Shown: in pieces, positions 59,878 through 64,000 of the stretch
Layout: every line of letters starts with the position of its first letter
Numbering within the stretch: the stretch's first letter is position 1
From: Minutocellus sp. GHC0000111
Lineage: Eukaryota
Length of the DNA stretch: 64,000 nt
Reading direction: 5' to 3'
Assembly: GCA_977018835.1 (NCBI GenBank)
Contig: OZ361257.1
Span: forward strand, 4,774,001 to 4,838,000
Notes under the pieces: model-generated
Database searches by the model: none
Told to the model about the DNA's origin: nothing
The model's input: the letters and a program-made list of their open reading frames with translations, nothing else
Program-made: the position numbers and the translations under genes

Positions 59878-62800
59878 CAATGCGGTTGTTGGTGGTGTGG
59901 TTCTTAGCGGATTTTGAAGTGTCAAATAGGAGTCGATGTAGATCCACCGAGGAAGGGGATTTACCATCGCGAGTGCATTGATAGGGATATCGGATACGGA
60001 TGCCATGAGGTGGATGTGATGCTTTGGAGGAGTTTGGGATGTCGTTTAGGTGTAGATCTAGGCGATTTTCTGCGGTTGGTGGTGTGGTTTTCAGCGGATT
60101 TTGGAGTGTCAAACATGAATAGATGTAGATCCACCGAGGAATGGGATGCACCATCGCGAGTGCATTGATAGGGATGTCGGAAACGGATGCCATGAGGAGG
60201 AGATGATGCGTTGGAGGGGTTTGGGAGGTCGTTTAGGTGTAGGTCTAGGCAATTTCTGCGGTTGTTGGTGGTGTGGTTCTTAGCGGATTTTGAAGTGTCA
60301 AATAGGAGTCGATGTAGATCCACCGAGGAAGGGGATGCACCATCGCGAGTGCATTGATAGGGATATCGGATACGGATGCCATGAGGAGGATGTGATGCTT
60401 TGGAGGAGTTTGGGAGGTCGTTTAGGTGTAGATCTAGGCGATTTTCTGCGGTTGGTGGTGTGGTTTTCAGCGGATTTTGGAGTGTCAAATAGGAATAGAT
60501 GTAGATCCAGGGAGGAAGGGGATGCACCATCGCAAGTGCATTGATAGGGATATCGGATACGGATGCCATGAGGAGGATGTGATGCTTTTGAGGGGTTTGG
60601 GAGGTCGTTTAGGTGTAGATCTAGCTAGGCGATTTACTGCAGTTGGTGGCGGAATTTTTGGCAAACAATTTGGAGTGTCAAATAGGAATAGATGTAGATC
60701 CAGGGAGGAAGGGGATGCACCATCGCGAGTGCATTGATAGGGATATCGGATACGGATGCCATGAGGAGGATGTGATGCTTTGGAGGGGTTTGGGAGGTCG
60801 TTTAGGTGTAGATCTAGGCGATTTACTGTGGTTGGTGGCGGAATTTTCGGTAAAATTGGGAGTGTCAAACAGGAACAGATGTAGATCCACCGAGGAAGGG
60901 GATGCACCATCGCGAGTGCATTGACAGGGATGTCGGAAACGGATGCCATGAGGAGGAGGTGATGCTTTTGAGGGGTTTGGGAGGTCGTTTAGGTGTAGAT
61001 CTAGGCGATTTACTACTCCGGTTGGCTGTGTGGTTTTTAGCGGGGTTTTTGGAGTGTCAAACAGGAATAGATGTAGATCCACCGAGGAAGGGGATGCACC
61101 ATCGCGAGTGCATTGATAGGGATATCGGATACGGATGCCATGAGGAGGATGTGATGCGTTGGAGGGGTTTGGGAGGTCGTTTAGGTGTAGGTCTAGGCGA
61201 TTTACTGCGGTGGTTGGTGGCGGAATTTTCGGTAAAATTGGGAGTGTCAAACAGGAACAGATGTAGATCCACCGAGGAAGGGGATGCACCATCGCGAGTG
61301 CATTGATAGGGATGTCGGAAACGGATGCCATGAGGAGGATGTGATGCTTTGGAGGGGTTTGGGAGGTCGTTTAGGTGTAGATCTAGCTAGGCGATTTACT
61401 GCGGTTGGCTGCGGAATTTTTGGTAAAATTGGGAGTGTCAAATGGGAATAGATGTAGATCCACCGAGGAAGGGGATGCACCACCGAGAGTGCATTGATAG
61501 GGATATCGGCTGCGGATGCCATGAGGAGGATGTGATGCTTTGGAGGGGTTTGGGAGGTCGTTTAGGTGTAGATCTAGCTAGGCGATTTACTGCAGTTGGT
61601 GGCGGAATTTTCGGTTTAATTGGGAGTGTCAAATGGGAATAGATGTAGATCCACCGAGGAAGGGGATGCACCATCGCGAGTGCATTGATAGGGATGTCGG
61701 ATATGGATACCATGAGGAGGATGTGATGCTTTGGAGGGGTTTGGGAGGTCGTTTAGGTGTAGATCTAGGCGATTTACTACTCCGGTTGGCTGTGTGGTTT
61801 TTAGCGGGGTTTTTGGAGTGTCAAACAGGAATAGATGTAGATCCACCGAGGAAGGGGATGCACCATCGCGAGTGCATTGATAGGGATGTCGGAAACGGAT
61901 GCCATGAGGAGGAGATGATGCGTTGGAGGGGTTTGGGAGGTCGTTTAGGTGTAGGTCTAGGCAATTTCTGCGGTTGTTGGTGGTGTGGTTCTTAGCGGAT
62001 TTTGAAGTGTCAAATAGGAGTCGATGTAGATCCACCGAGGAAGGGGATGCACCATCGCGAGTGCATTGATAGGGATATCGGATACGGATGCCATGAGGAG
62101 GATGTGATGCTTTTGAGGGGTTTGGGAGGTCGTTTAGGTGTAGATCTAGCTAGGCGATTTACTGCAGTTGGTGGCGGAATTTTTGGCAAACAATTTGGAG
62201 TGTCAAATAGGAATAGATGTAGATCCAGGGAGGAAGGGGATGCACCATCGCGAGTGCATTGATAGGGATATCGGATACGGATGCCATGAGGAGGATGTGA
62301 TGCTTTGGAGGGGTTTGGGAGGTCGTTTAGGTGTAGATCTAGGCGATTTACTGCAGTTGGTGGCGGAATTTTCGGTAAAATTGGGAGTGTCAAACAGGAA
62401 CAGATGTAGATCCACCGAGGAAGGGGATGCACCATCGCGAGTGCATTGACAGGGATGTCGGAAACGGATGCCATGAGGAGGAGGTGATGCTTTTGAGGGG
62501 TTTGGGAGGTCGTTTAGGTGTAGATCTAGGCGATTTACTACTCCGGTTGGCTGTGTGGTTTTTAGCGGGTTTTTTGGAGTGTCAAACAGGAATAGATGTA
62601 GATCCACCGAGGAAGGGGATGCACCATCGCGAGTGCATTGATAGGGATATCGGATACGGATGCCATGAGGAGGATGTGATGCGTTGGAGGGGTTTGGGAG
62701 GTCGTTTAGGTGTAGGTCTAGGCGATTTACTGCGGTGGTTGGTGGCGGAATTTTCGGTAAAATTGGGAGTGTCAAACAGGAACAGATGTAGATCCACCGA

Positions 62801-64000
62801 GGAAGGGGATGCACCATCGCGAGTGCATTGATAGGGATGTCGGAAACGGATGCCATGAGGAGGATGTGATGCTTTGGAGGGGTTTGGGAGGTCGTTTAGG
62901 TGTAGATCTAGCTAGGCGATTTACTGCGGTTGGCTGCGGAATTTTTGGTAAAATTGGGAGTGTCAAATGGGAATAGATGTAGATCCACCGAGGAAGGGGA
63001 TGCACCACCGAGAGTGCATTGATAGGGATATCGGCTGCGGATGCCATGAGGAGGATGTGATGCTTTGGAGGGGTTTGGGAGGTCGTTTAGGTGTAGATCT
63101 AGCTAGGCGATTTACTGCAGTTGGTGGCGGAATTTTTGGCAAACAATTTGGAGTGTCAAATAGGAATAGATGTAGATCCAGGGAGGAAGGGGATGCACCA
63201 TCGCGAGTGCATTGATAGGGATATCGGCTGCGGATGCCATGAGGAGGATGTGATGCTTTGGAGGGGTTTGGGAGGTCGTTTAGGTGTAGATCTAGCTAGG
63301 CGATTTACTGCAGTTGGTGGCGGAATTTTCGGTAAAATTGGGAGTGTCAAACAGGAACAGATGTAGATCCACCGAGGAAGGGGATGCACCATCGCGAGTG
63401 CATTGATAGGGATGTCGGAAACGGATGCCATGAGGAGGATGTGATGCTTTGGAGGGGTTTGGGAGGTCGTTTAGGTGTAGATCTAGCTAGGCGATTTACT
63501 GCTGTTGGCTGCGGAATTTTTGGTAAAATTGGGAGTGTCAAATGGGAATAGATGTAGATCCACCGAGGAAGGGGATGCACCATCGAGAGTGCATTGATAG
63601 GGATGTCGGCTGCGGATGCCATGAGGAGGATGTGATGCTTTGGAGGAGTTTGGGAGGTCGTTTAGGTGTAGATCTAGCTAGGCGATTTGCTACTCCGGTT
63701 GGTGGCGGAATTTTCGGTAAAATTGGGAGTGTCAAACAGGAATAGATGTAGATCCAGGGAGGAAGGGGATGCACCATCGCGAGTGCATTGATAGGGATAT
63801 CGGCTGCGGATGCCATGAGGAGGATGTGATGCTTTGGAGGGGTTTGGGAGGTCGTTTAGGTGTAGATCTAGCTAGGCGATTTACTGCAGTTGGTGGCGGA
63901 ATTTTCGGTTTAATTGGGAGTGTCAAACAGGAACAGATGTAGATCCACCGAGGAAGGGGATGCACCATCGCGAGTGCATTGATAGGGATGTCGGATATGG
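59878..64000 (+). repeat. Sat-B satellite, ~187-194-bp monomer, with a 1525-bp (8-mer) higher-order duplication; continues beyond the window
   Basis: Unit GATGTAGATCCACCGAGGAAGGGGATGCACCATCGCGAGTGCATTGATAGGGA...GGAGGTCGTTTAGGTGTAGATCTAG; the GATCC anchor recurs at 59941, 60128, 60317, 60504 and 60697. Confidence 0.95.

Noticed and set aside
59812..63968. Up to 217-aa Pro/His-rich ORFs in Sat-B
   Set aside because: Monomer lengths vary by non-multiples of 3 and frames shift; composition follows strand skew.
59878..64000. TTTAGG/TTAGG telomere-like words
   Set aside because: Isolated occurrences per monomer, never tandem; no full TTAGGG array.

Overview
Eukaryotic repeat-rich heterochromatin with no host genes. 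About two thirds of the window is tandem satellite: a ~194-bp family (Sat-A, ~2.5-59.9 kb) abuts an unrelated ~187-194-bp G/T-skewed family (Sat-B, ~59.9-64 kb). Four near-identical minus-strand copies of one Ty1/copia LTR retrotransposon lie inside Sat-A. Its motifs resemble diatom CoDi-type elements, so the host may be a diatom or other stramenopile (inference). Two copies are full length (39972-46133 and 49951-56112; 6162 bp, 196-bp TG...CA LTRs, 5-bp TSD CAGGG) and two are truncated or rearranged (1-2491, 4289-7391). Shared junctions and lesions show they spread by array duplication (9979-bp period), not by new transposition. Highlights: (1) a Tudor-like module after the integrase, a possible chromatin-targeting analogue of the chromovirus chromodomain; (2) no tRNA-type PBS, but a PBS complementary to the LTR itself, suggesting Tf1-like self-priming in a copia; (3) gag and pol in frame across one UGA (readthrough); (4) a TpA->CpA/TpG substitution signature in both element and satellite; (5) a microhomology-bounded inversion at 7388-8484. 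All calls were made by eye; no searches were run.
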